Shown in pieces: positions 39,101 to 47,150 of a stretch of 64,000 nucleotides of DNA. Both the position numbers and the translations under genes were made by a program. Source of the DNA: Octopus bimaculoides (lineage: Eukaryota); NCBI RefSeq assembly GCF_001194135.2, contig NC_068986.1, positions 31,191,456 to 31,255,455 of the forward strand, given 5' to 3'. The notes below the pieces were generated by a model that was not told the DNA's origin, did no database searches, and worked only from the letters and a program-made list of their open reading frames with translations. Position 1 is the first letter of the stretch, and every line of letters starts with the position of its first letter.

Positions 39101-40489
39101 TTACTATTTTAATGTTTAATCTTTTTCTATTGGCTTAAGTTGGAGTGTCTTGGGATATAACATCCTTTTATTTGTCTTAATTTTGCTTCTCAGTGTATGG
39201 GGCTTTGGCTATGACCTAATTAATCTCTGGTCTTTATTTACCAAAGGAATCTTCCACCACTAAATAATGGTATTTTCATATTTGGCATGCATTATCCATT
39301 GACACTACATATCAAGTTGGAATTAAGTTCACTGAAATATTGGTAAATTAGCAATGCCTTACTCAACCTCTTCTCGACTTCACTAATAAACTACCAATGT
39401 GGCAAATTGCCAGAATTGTTTGAATGTTTGATAGAATGCTTTTGGTATTTGTTCTCACTCTTTACACTCTTGAAGTATATTTCATTGTCTTCAAGAATCT
39501 TTAAAAAACATAGTTTGAACATAGTTTTTTTTCCTTATACTTCGACATTATCAAAAGCTGAGATCTAGTTTGATTTTGTAGGTCATCAAATTTTAATGAT
39601 GAATTTCTTTCATGATTTCAGGTTCAAAACCTAATCAAAATTGCAAAAACTAATTATGTTGTGATGAAACTATTGTTAAGTGGTCACAAAAAGGACTCCT
39701 CAGTAAGTATATTCAGTTTGTATTCTTTCCTTCATATGAATCTTGGGATTAGTGTAATCTGCTCCCAAGTGTTTCACACATTACAGATTATTAATTTTCT
39801 GAATGTCTTTTCAGATGCTACTCTGAAAACATTTAACTCTTTAGCATTCAGATTATTCTGTCAAATGGAATACTTATTTATTCATTTTGTTAATCGAACT
39901 AAATTCGACGACTGGCACCCATGTGGCAAGCCAAGTGAGACCATAATCTAAGGCCTCTGCCAGGGGAGTAGCCAGCCCACTTATGCGTACCTTTCCTTCA
40001 TTGGACACTAAACTCCACTTGCAAAGACCTGTTGAGGCAAGTGAAATCGAAATCGAACTAAATTCAACGACTGGCACCCATGCCAACATCTCCTCCATTG
40101 GACACTGAACTCGGCTTGCGAAGACCTGTTGGGGCAAGTGAAAGCAATTGTTACCGTATTTCTTTTGAATTTTCTTACAAGCTCAGCCCGAGGCTATAGT
40201 AGAAGACACTTGCCCAAAGTGCCATGCAGTGGGATTGAACCTGGAATCATGTGGTTGGTAAGCAAGCTACTTACCGCACAGCCACTCCTGCACCTATCTG
40301 TTTATTTTCAGAGCAAGAATTGTTATATAAGATATTTACAACTAAAAAAAGACAGATGAGAGCAGTTAAAAAAATATGCAATAACTTTGTAGAATTAAAA
40401 TTAAATATTTTTCTTTGTTGTTTTTACAGGATCCACCCGAATTTGACTTCAGCCTCAGCAAAGTTTGTCCTGTAATTAAATTAAATTAA
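335..40489 (+). CDS. NAA35: N-alpha-acetyltransferase 35, NatC auxiliary subunit (MAK10 homolog); multi-exon gene, 5' end possibly upstream of window, about 40 codons missing
   Basis: join(335-472,1396-1510,2677-2751,3999-4166,5609-5719,6326-6376,6826-6909,7512-7629,8077-8258,9399-9458,10461-10567,11675-11840,26663-26841,28680-28765,[gap],36246-36386,37034-37156,39622-39702,40430-40489). All junctions are GT-AG and in phase. The translation carries hallmark NAA35 peptides recalled from the human protein: [62 protein letters not shown], HLACxGTWVLYH, C-terminal PPEFDFS. Confidence 0.97.
720..1372 (+). mobile_element. Three tandem family M SINEs
   Basis: Same unit as 16290-17290 on the + strand, with (ATT)n tails. 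Other clusters at 14545-14980, 34450-35030, 54455-55050; singles at 8620-8840, 21175-21350, 47700-47945 (-). Confidence 0.8.
1396..1510 (+). CDS. NAA35: NAA35 coding exon
   Basis: tacag|..[38 protein letters not shown]|gtaaat. Confidence 0.97.
1708..1934. mobile_element. TTAA-type MITE family P2
   Basis: cccttcagcatt...aatgctaaaggg; further copies at 12123-12341, 26165-26331 (truncated), 39835-39880, 49795-49998. Confidence 0.8.
2677..2751 (+). CDS. NAA35: NAA35 coding exon
   Basis: tttcag|[25 protein letters not shown]|gtaagt. Confidence 0.95.
2916..3203 (+). mobile_element. RTE family A 3' UTR fragment
   Basis: Two hairpin units plus a conserved tail ending ggacgttaaacgacgatgatgat. Near-identical tails at 28089-28250, 40785-40930, 50330-50696 (+) and 31450-31812 (-). 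Confidence 0.8.
3999..4166 (+). CDS. NAA35: NAA35 coding exon
   Basis: ttttag|[22 protein letters not shown]...[10 protein letters not shown]|gtaaga. Confidence 0.97.
5609..5719 (+). CDS. NAA35: NAA35 coding exon
   Basis: cacag|[37 protein letters not shown]|gtaatt. Confidence 0.96.
6326..6376 (+). CDS. NAA35: NAA35 coding exon
   Basis: tacag|[17 protein letters not shown]|gttagt; 51 nt, phase 0/0. Confidence 0.92.
6826..6909 (+). CDS. NAA35: NAA35 coding exon
   Basis: tccag|[28 protein letters not shown]|gtgagt. Confidence 0.93.
7512..7629 (+). CDS. NAA35: NAA35 coding exon
   Basis: taaag|[39 protein letters not shown] g|gtatgt. Confidence 0.9.
8077..8258 (+). CDS. NAA35: NAA35 coding exon
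   Basis: tgtag|(D)[23 protein letters not shown]...TSLHNML|gtaagt. Confidence 0.97.
9024..9181. mobile_element. 158-bp hAT-type MITE with perfect 8-bp TSD
   Basis: CGTTAACC|CAGGTGCGGAC...GTCCGCTCCTG|CGTTAACC; 11-bp TIR with 1 mismatch. Confidence 0.9.
9399..9458 (+). CDS. NAA35: NAA35 coding exon
   Basis: tgcag|[20 protein letters not shown]|gtatgt. Confidence 0.96.
9585..10385. mobile_element. Two RTE family A pieces in opposite orientation (+ 9585-9850; - 9890-10385)
   Basis: The + copy carries the hairpin units. The - copy gives ORF 10099-10365 ([37 protein letters not shown]), homologous to ORF 53070-54059. Confidence 0.75.
10461..10567 (+). CDS. NAA35: NAA35 coding exon
   Basis: ttttag|[35 protein letters not shown] aa|gtaagt; not in the ORF track. 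Confidence 0.93.
10765..11410 (+). mobile_element. RTE family A 3' end with 4-unit hairpin array
   Basis: gaggtggtgaagcatgacc.. matches 53826 onward, followed by the UTR repeats and the ggaaaggcatccagctgtagaaa tail. Confidence 0.8.
11675..11840 (+). CDS. NAA35: NAA35 coding exon
   Basis: ttcag|[23 protein letters not shown]...[24 protein letters not shown]|gttcgt. Confidence 0.96.
12950..13790 (-). pseudogene. hAT (Charlie/Buster, ZBED5/FAM200-like) transposase relic
   Basis: Minus ORFs 13652-13852 and 13090-13713 read [19 protein letters not shown] and [19 protein letters not shown]...WFVDPF. Past the stop and a frameshift comes [11 protein letters not shown], resembling the hAT C-terminal dimerisation motif. 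Confidence 0.85.
14296..14519. mobile_element. Possible older hAT MITE
   Basis: cagggaggggcaac ... gttgcccatgcatg imperfect TIRs; no TSD recognisable. Confidence 0.45.
16290..17290 (-). mobile_element. Four head-to-tail tRNA-headed SINEs (family M) separated by (TAA)n
   Basis: Unit aaggtggcgagctggcag (A-box-like)..gttctgagttcaaatt (B-box-like)..cctttcatcctttcggggtcgataaattaagtaccag..gtagaaaggatt(att)n, read on the minus strand. Confidence 0.85.
18560..19200 (-). pseudogene. Mariner-type transposase relic
   Basis: Frameshifted minus-strand pieces: [15 protein letters not shown] (HTH region), [30 protein letters not shown] (first catalytic Asp region), [35 protein letters not shown]. Confidence 0.85.
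19710..19975. repeat. Degenerate (CAT/CAC/TAC)n trinucleotide tract
   Basis: Seen directly. Confidence 0.9.
20820..21045 (+). mobile_element. Decayed CR1/L2-like LINE 3' coding remnant
   Basis: ORF 20834-21277 contains VFCSSEH and [10 protein letters not shown], resembling the GxCSxEL and FFxRTxxLWN motifs near CR1/L2/Jockey ORF2 ends. Confidence 0.35.
22702..22929. mobile_element. MITE family P1 copy
   Basis: Interior matches 55486-55708; termini slightly degenerate. Confidence 0.8.
24640..24975. repeat. (TC)n tract with tcaccc / tcagtc interruptions spanning a gap
   Basis: Seen directly; N-run 24769-24831. Confidence 0.9.
26663..26841 (+). CDS. NAA35: NAA35 coding exon
   Basis: tgcag|[12 protein letters not shown]...[14 protein letters not shown]...[14 protein letters not shown] tg|gttagt. 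Confidence 0.97.
28680..28765 (+). CDS. NAA35: NAA35 coding exon
   Basis: tatag|g [28 protein letters not shown] g|gtaagt. Confidence 0.95.
29000..29410 (-). mobile_element. Family C SINE, young CpG-retaining copy
   Basis: Reverse complement of the 57936-58320 consensus with most CpGs intact. Confidence 0.85.
31813..33853. other. Two assembly gaps (31813-32686 and about 33338-33853)
   Basis: N-runs. Other gaps at 14928-14937, 22381-22497, 24769-24831, 25404-25709, 27194-28088, 46656-46685, 59169-59178. Confidence 0.97.
35680..35974. mobile_element. 295-bp hAT (Charlie-like) MITE
   Basis: TIRs CAGGAGTTTTCAAACT / AGTTTGAAAACCCCTG; flanks gtctatat and gtgtatat (7/8 TSD match). Confidence 0.88.
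36246..36386 (+). CDS. NAA35: NAA35 coding exon
   Basis: ctcag|[32 protein letters not shown]...[10 protein letters not shown]|gtaaga. Confidence 0.96.
36682..36891. mobile_element. MITE family P1, opposite orientation
   Basis: TTAA|CCCTTTCGTTAC...GTAACGAAAGGG|TTAA; interior is the reverse complement of 55486-55708. Confidence 0.9.
37034..37156 (+). CDS. NAA35: NAA35 coding exon
   Basis: ctcag|EMNDLSKY...[17 protein letters not shown]|gtgagt. Confidence 0.96.
39622..39702 (+). CDS. NAA35: NAA35 coding exon
   Basis: ttcag|[27 protein letters not shown]|gtaagt. Confidence 0.96.
39885..40140 (+). mobile_element. RTE family A proximal 3' UTR with internal ~90-bp tandem repeat
   Basis: cattggacact..aagacctgtt.(a/g)ggcaagtgaaa occurs twice; the same block is at 10930-11010 and 23135-23210. 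Confidence 0.7.
40430..40489 (+). CDS. NAA35: NAA35 terminal coding exon
   Basis: tacag|[19 protein letters not shown](TAA). Confidence 0.96.
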   Translation, partial: DPPEFDFSLSKVCPVIKLN

Positions 40490-40654
40490 TTTGGCACCTG
40501 TGTATTATTCTACCTTTTGGCATACCAATGTCATTAGAATGAGGAGCTGATCTAAACCAAAACTTACATTGGTTCGTTCAGGTGGATTGAGTGTTTTGTT
40601 GTTACTGCTATGTGCACAAATGGTCTGAACATTGGCTGATGTTGATCAGAGACA

Positions 40655-40731
40655 AATAAATACCTGCTTTGTTGCAAACAATTCTTTGATTGCATCAGTT
40701 TTTAAATCTTTTGTTAAAAATTGATAATAAA
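40655..40731 (+). promoter_or_regulatory. Candidate NAA35 polyadenylation signals
   Basis: AATAAA at 40655-40660 and 40726-40731, about 170-240 nt after the stop. The AT-rich context makes chance occurrence possible. Confidence 0.35.
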
Positions 40732-41284
40732 AATTTTAAAAATACTTTGTTTCTTTCCTTATTGCTTTCATTAGTGGTTGGCGTTAGGAAGGGCATCCAG
40801 CTGTAGAAACTCTGCCAAATTTAGATTGGAGCCTGGTGTTGCCATCCAGTTTCACCAGTCCTCAGTCAAATCGTCCAACCCATGCTAGCATGGAAAGCGG
40901 ATGTTAAACGATGATGATGATGATGATGAATTCTGTTTAATTGTCTGTAATAATTATAGGCAATTAATAATTGTATAATAATTGCATAGTATTTTTAAAA
41001 TGCCAAACCATTAAGCAGGAAATGTATGTAAAATTGATTATTAATTGCATGTGTAAATAAAGTCAGTTTTGATTAATAGATAAAATTATTTTCTAATTTT
41101 GAGCAAGAAACTAGCAAAATGTATTAGATTGAATATAAATTTGATGGAGATTTTGAGACTTCATTTTCATGAGTTAAAGTAGAAAGTTTGCTGTGTTTAC
41201 CAACAAATGGTGCTAAAAAATCAAATGAATTAAAGACTATCAAGATTTAGATTTATGGTAACTGTTTAATGAAATGTCAATAAA

Positions 41285-41700
41285 TTAACCCTTTCATTTC
41301 TATATTTCTGTTAAAACACATTGCTTTTATTTCAATTAATTTTTAAAATAACAAAGAATTTAGTAAAATAATTTTGTCATTTTTAATCCGGTGTTTAGAC
41401 ATGAATTAACATAAAACTTTGATGGTGGGTTTTAGTATAACCCTTTAGCATTCAGATTTCTATGTCCAATTTATTGTTTATTTAGTCACATTGTTTGAAA
41501 TTTATCAGGCATTTATCCCATAGCTTCAGTATTGTGATTAAGTAATTGTATATTTTTAGAATGACATTGTAGAGTAGGTGTGAGAGGTTGGATCTGGTCA
41601 ATTTTTGACTTAAAACAGGTAGAATATTTTGGCTGGATATGGCTGGTTTAAATGCTAAAGGGTTAAATCACTTTAAATCAGGAAATTTATATCATAAAAT
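41285..41700. mobile_element. Nested MITEs: family P2 (41437-41666) inside an older P1-like copy
   Basis: Inner ataa|CCCTTTAGCATT...AATGCTAAAGGG|ttaa; P1-like sequence resumes afterwards (atcactttaaatcagg). Confidence 0.75.
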
Positions 41701-41704
41701 TAAT

Positions 41705-41990
41705 CTCAGGTGGGCTGGTATCAGACGATTGCTCAGGAATCAGAGAGGCACTCCAGGTAGAGTCATTACTTCTTTGAAATGAGAAATCACAGCCCTGATG
41801 TTATGCACCTGTGGTAAAAAAATGTCTCAGGAAGAATTGCTGGACAGGTTTTACAGGCAAAAACCAACTGGCAGAAAACCCAGGGGCAGACCATAAACAA
41901 GATGGCTGGATAACATCCGTGAACTTAACTTGTCACAATTGGCAAACCAGCTAGATCAATTGGAGGCTGTTGCTTCAGGCAGGCCCTGAT
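41705..41990 (+). mobile_element. Decayed RTE-type LINE 3' fragment, family B
   Basis: IREALQVESLLL..EKSQ and QAKPTGRKPQGRP.TRWLDNIREL, an RTE C-terminal pattern distinct from family A. Confidence 0.65.
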
Positions 41991-42999
41991 ATCTTCTCTT
42001 CCTTATCTTCCCAATCTCTCTTGGATCTTCCTCTAATATCCAACAAAGTTTATACCTTCGCTAAGGAATTCTAATAATCCAAAAAAGTAGAAGTTTTTCC
42101 CTTGCTTTGCTTGACTAAAATATAATGCTAGTTAACTCCAAGCATTTTCTTAATCACTGTATTATAACTCTATTATGGTTATTTCTGATGTTGAAAACAC
42201 TGGGAACAATAAAACCAAAGTTTTTATATTTTCTGTTTAAGAAACCAACATCTTATCCCCTTGATCATTGTGAAACCTTAACATCGGACACTTATTTTCA
42301 GCAGGAGATATACTACAGCCTTACCTACCTCCATACTACTACAATGAACTAAATACCATGCCAATATCTGAAACGATTTCTGTATTTTGAGTGAGGGTGG
42401 GACTGAAGATAGAGGAGGTCTGAATAAAATACTAAGAGAGATAAAATCATATAAGTCATTTAGTTCAGAACTAGATCTACTCCTTTACCATCCTTCCATT
42501 AAATCATATAAATTTCTTCACAATGGATTCGTGAGAAAAGCGAATAAGAGTTTCAAGTGAGCAAATGTAGATTTCAAGAGATAACTTGTAAAATGACCTC
42601 ATGTTTTGTTAATTCAATATATTTACTATTTGTAAGTCATCTATTCCCAAAAGTTTAGTAACTGGGGGGGAATTAGATTCCACTGGAATTCATCTCAGCA
42701 TGTTTAAACCCTATTCATATCTCCTGTCACCATCCTTTTATTGTAAGCTCGGCATTTTGTATATTTACTCAAGTGCTGTATGATAAAGAAAAGTCTATAT
42801 GTTTATATCTTAACCAAGTAAGCCAACATTTATAAACAGTAATATCCAGGGAAAAAAATCAAATATTTGAATTCTAGAACTTTAGTAACTTTTGTGTATT
42901 TTAAAAGGGAATGGTTTCAAACATATGGAATGAAATTGTAAACTAAATAAACAAAAGTATATATTTTCACTCATTTGTTTCCCCTGAACTAAGAATTCT

Positions 43000-44340
43000 T
43001 TTGTTTTCATCTGAAATATGTAATGTTTTTTTTAAATAAAGTTTTAGTTCTGATAATTTTAAGGGCAGGAGACATCAAATGCTATGAGATTCATGATTTT
43101 TTCCAAGAGTATTAATGGTGAATATGACCCAAGAATAGAAATTGGGTGGCTTGATAACCTCAGAAAATATTGGTGTCTTTTGATAGCTTTGTTTAATTTA
43201 TGTTGTGCAATGGAAAGGGGTCGTGCTCATAGCCTTTGTTAACCTTTCCAGGTTGAAGTTGTTAATGTGAATGATGTTTAGTTTGAAGCTATTCAGACTG
43301 GTGCATACAAGGAAAATGTAGACAGAAAAGGGAGTTCCAGAAAATTACAACAACGCGGATGAAGAATCAGCTAAGTGTTGAGATGGTGATTATGGGTGAA
43401 TATGAAACAGGAGCATTGAAAGGGGTTTCACATGGTTGGTATACAACTTGCTGGTTCAGGAGAGCAAAACCATTGCAATAACCTTTTGAAGAAATGAAGA
43501 GAGGACCTAAAACATCTACAGATTGCTATGTAACATACTGATGAGAGAAAGTTTGATAATTAAACAGAGACAAGTAAGGTGGACTTGGTCAGAGCACAGT
43601 AGTTACTTATTGTTGATACTGTTTAAGGTTATTCTGTCTGGATGTATACTACAACAATAACTGCAGAGGAACAGTGGCTGTCATTCTCTAACAGTCCACC
43701 TTGCTTGTTCTGAGAATGGAACCACTGATGTGTAATTTCCATGAAAGATCACCAGAGGTTTATGATTGTAGCCTTAATTGTGTGAGGAATATAGAAGAAC
43801 ATCTCCAGGAGGACCATTTCAGTTACCCACTTAGAAGTCTTTTATGGTTTAAGAGTGTAGCAAATTTTTAGTCGAGAGTAATCAGCATAGAATTGGTAGT
43901 TTTGATCAATTTGTTGACCTGAAGTGTGAGAGGGTTTAATATAAGGAGTTGTTTTGCACTAGGATTATGTGAGGTGGATTGCTTTGATGAGGCAATGATT
44001 AGAGGATCTGATTTAGAAAGAGACTGTGATAGAAGGATAAAAACTGGGGCTGGAGGTGAGAAAGAGTTTAAGAATATTTGGAGAGTTTATACATGTAAGT
44101 GAGAAGACAATGTATACAGGCTGTCCAAAGTGGCAAATGTCAAAGAATTTGTAGCAGGGATGTTATTCTGGGTTGAATTGAAGAGCCAAGAAAAGTTGAG
44201 CATATGTAGATGGCTGAGCATTTAAGTAGAAGTGAGTTGAGCTACATAACCTCAGTGTTAAACAAGAAGTAGCTGGATAAGTGCTGGAGGCTGGAAGAAT
44301 TTAGAGAATGGTAAAGCTAGTAAATGAGTGTAAAGGAATG
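43000..44340 (-). mobile_element. Heavily decayed non-LTR retrotransposon (CR1/L2-like) remnant
   Basis: Strand-biased composition; the minus strand gives NILKLFLTSSP and SKSDPLII, resembling the AP-endonuclease LDLFLT..SDH motifs; many stops. Confidence 0.4.
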
Positions 44341-44822
44341 AAGAAGAGGGACTTTGTTGAGTAGAGTTCAATACTCAAAAACTGAATAAATCTGTAAACT
44401 ATCTAAATGTTCAGATTAGAGATATTTACTTAATGTTGCCACTTTGACAAGTACCTGCTGAAACAATGGAAAATCATGCCATTACCTGACTTAATGAATC
44501 ATTAATTTTATTTTTACCAGGAACAATCATTCTCCCTATTCCTTGTTTCACTTTTAATCAATTAAGAGACATTCATGATCACACACTATTTTATTGTAAT
44601 ACTTCTATTTCCAAGTTCATTTCCACTTAACTGAATTGTTCTATGCTTAACTATTTATCAGAAATATGCACAATTTCTCTATTCAGCTTTAACCAATAAC
44701 AGATACTCTCATTCTTACTCTAGATAACAATACAGTTTCAGTTCTCTAAATTTCCATATTTATTTTCACATAGTTACTCATTACTCTTAGTAATATTTTA
44801 CATATTCTTTATGTTCTTTACC

Positions 44823-45258
44823 TTACCGTTCGGTTATGAATGACAATAGGACTGCACCTAGAAAGTTCCCCTCCTTGGCACAAATCTGGGTAATGTCGTT
44901 TTTATGGAAAACCAGTAGTTGCCCATGCATACTATCCACCCCTCTCCATGCCACAGATGTTATCCAAGGTCCCCTCCTTGGCACAAATCTGGGTAATGTC
45001 GTTTTTATGGAAAACCAGTAGTTGCCCATGCATACTATCCATCCCTCTCCATGCCACAGATGTTATCCAAGGGAAAGGCAAAGGCCAATACAGCTTGGCA
45101 CCAGTGACATCGCGACTCATTTCTACATCTGAGTGAACTGGAGCAACGTAAAATAAAGTGTGTTGCTCAAGAACACAACATAAACATCTAATCTGGGGAT
45201 TGAACTCACTACTTCATGATTGCGAGCCCAATGCTTTAACCACTGAGCCATGCACCTT
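44823..45258 (-). mobile_element. tRNA-headed SINE (family V) with internal 103-bp tandem duplication
   Basis: Minus-strand head tggctcagtggttaaagc..gagttcaatccc, core ttcttgagcaacacactttattttacgttgctccag; related heads/cores at 5090-5410(-) and 6600-6755(+). Confidence 0.75.
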
Positions 45259-46879
45259 CACAAAATATATATCATCATCATCATCATTGTTTAACATCCA
45301 CCTTCCATTCTTATTTCTTTATTGCTCACAAGGGGCTAAAGATAGAGGGGACAAACAAGGACAGACAAAGGGATTAAGTTGATTACATCGACCCCAATGC
45401 GTAACTGGTACTGATGTTGGTGTGTTTACGTCCCCGTAACTTAGCGGTTCGGCAAAAGAGATCGATAGAATAAGTACTAGGCTTACGAAGAATAAGTCCT
45501 GGGGTCGATTTCTTCGACCAAAGGCAGTGCTTCAGCATGGCCGCAGTCAAATGACTGAAACAAATAAAGGAAAAGAATATATGTGCGTGTGTGTATATGC
45601 GTGCGTGTGCGCAAAACCATCGGGCAATTAAATTTACACTGATATAGTCACGTTTTTAACGTTAGACCACAGAAACAATGATATTTTATGGTAGGATGTA
45701 AGAATGTTTCAGGACAGGACACTAATTCGTGTAAAAGTTGCAGAACTTAAGATTAATGTTTCTAGGATTTGTCTGAAACGAAATCAGGATTTATCGAGTC
45801 AGAGTTCAACTATTCAATTGTGCCGCAGGGTGGGCTTGATGCATTACTGCAATGGGTGTTAACATCAAATATACAAAAGAGAATTAATTGGAAGGGAGGG
45901 ATTATTAGAGCCAGTTGAAAGTATCAGTTACTCTGGTAGTCACTTTGTGCATCATGTCATGTGTTAGGATGGCGGCGTTGGGGCCCGTCATGCGTTTAGG
46001 ATGCTGCAGATAAAAAGGGGAGGAGCGCCAGTAACCCCAGGACCTCGGGTCCAGGTTATTTTTGTCGGACTGGTTGCGTATATATCGATATATACGTGGG
46101 TGTGTCTACTAATATGCTTTTGTGTTCGTATATATAAACATGTGCATGCGTATACACATACATGCATACGTATAAACATATAAGTAAGTAACTGAACATA
46201 TTTATACATGTGTATGCGTGTATTTATACATAATATATCTGAGTATGTGTGGATGTTGTTGAGTGAGTGGGTGGGTTTGAAAAGACATGTCACCTTCATT
46301 TGTCATAAAAAAAACTGGTCATTTAACTGAACCTATTGCCTCCCAATCTTCATAATTTATTATTTCTGTCAAATTTCTACCACTCTGATCATTTATCCTT
46401 CGAACATCCACCTTAAATTCCGCCTCATAACTGAAACTTCTTCCTAACATGACCGCCGTGTCATAATTATTACGTATTAGCTTCCTTAATCATAACCCCT
46501 CCCATATAAACCAATTGCTTCATACCCATCCTTTGAATTAAATGTTATTTAAGTTCAATGCTAGTCGTTAGATTTTAGAGTTTGAATTAGCCGTACACTT
46601 GGCGTAACTCGAAGTTACTGTCAAAAAGAAATATATATATATATATATATATATANNNNNNNNNNNNNNNNNNNNNNNNNNNNNNACAAGGAAATGCACT
46701 CCAGGTGCCCCAGCATGGCCACAGTCCAACGACTGGCATAAGCAAAACATAGAAGATAAACACACACGCATATATGCAGACATCCTCTGATATATATACA
46801 TACACACACGCGCAAATCATATCACTTGCTTTTAAAGAAACACATTAAACATTTTTCTTTTTTTTTTTTGGTGAAATAT

Positions 46880-47088
46880 TATTTTCGGCCTCTTAAATGC
46901 CCGTTTAATAGTCGCGACAGTCCCAAGGCATCACGTTCTTCGTCCCCGCCGTCAACGCCACTGCCTTCGCCAACTTCGCTATTGTCGCTCCTGCTGCTAC
47001 TCTCAAAGAATCAAGTTACCATCCAACTCGAAGTTAAACAGAAGCGAAACTTCTTTTTCGAAAGATTCTCCACTTGGAGAAGGACAAG
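46880..47088 (+). promoter_or_regulatory. CpG-rich putative promoter / 5' UTR of the A2M-like gene
   Basis: Visibly CpG- and GC-enriched non-repeat sequence (gtcgcgac, ttcgtccccgccgtcaacgcc) directly upstream of ATG 47089. Confidence 0.5.
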
Positions 47089-47150
47089 ATGAGGGACCGA
47101 ATAGCAATATATCTAGTTTTACTAGCAGGGCTCATTACTGTAGCCAGAAG
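47089..47150 (+). CDS. A2M-like exon 1 (signal peptide)
   Basis: [23 protein letters not shown] ag|gtaatt; phase 2 matches the next exon. Confidence 0.85.

Noticed and set aside
43538-43550. CTGATGA-ga-GAAA, resembling a minimal hammerhead core
   Set aside because: No NUH cleavage triplet in register with the tatg/cata stem and no stem III. The GAAAC..CTGAAGA pattern on the minus strand near 48050-48100 also fails to pair.
45969-46013. ATGGCGGCG, a housekeeping-like start codon context
   Set aside because: Stops after 14 codons with no splice donor; no supporting exons.
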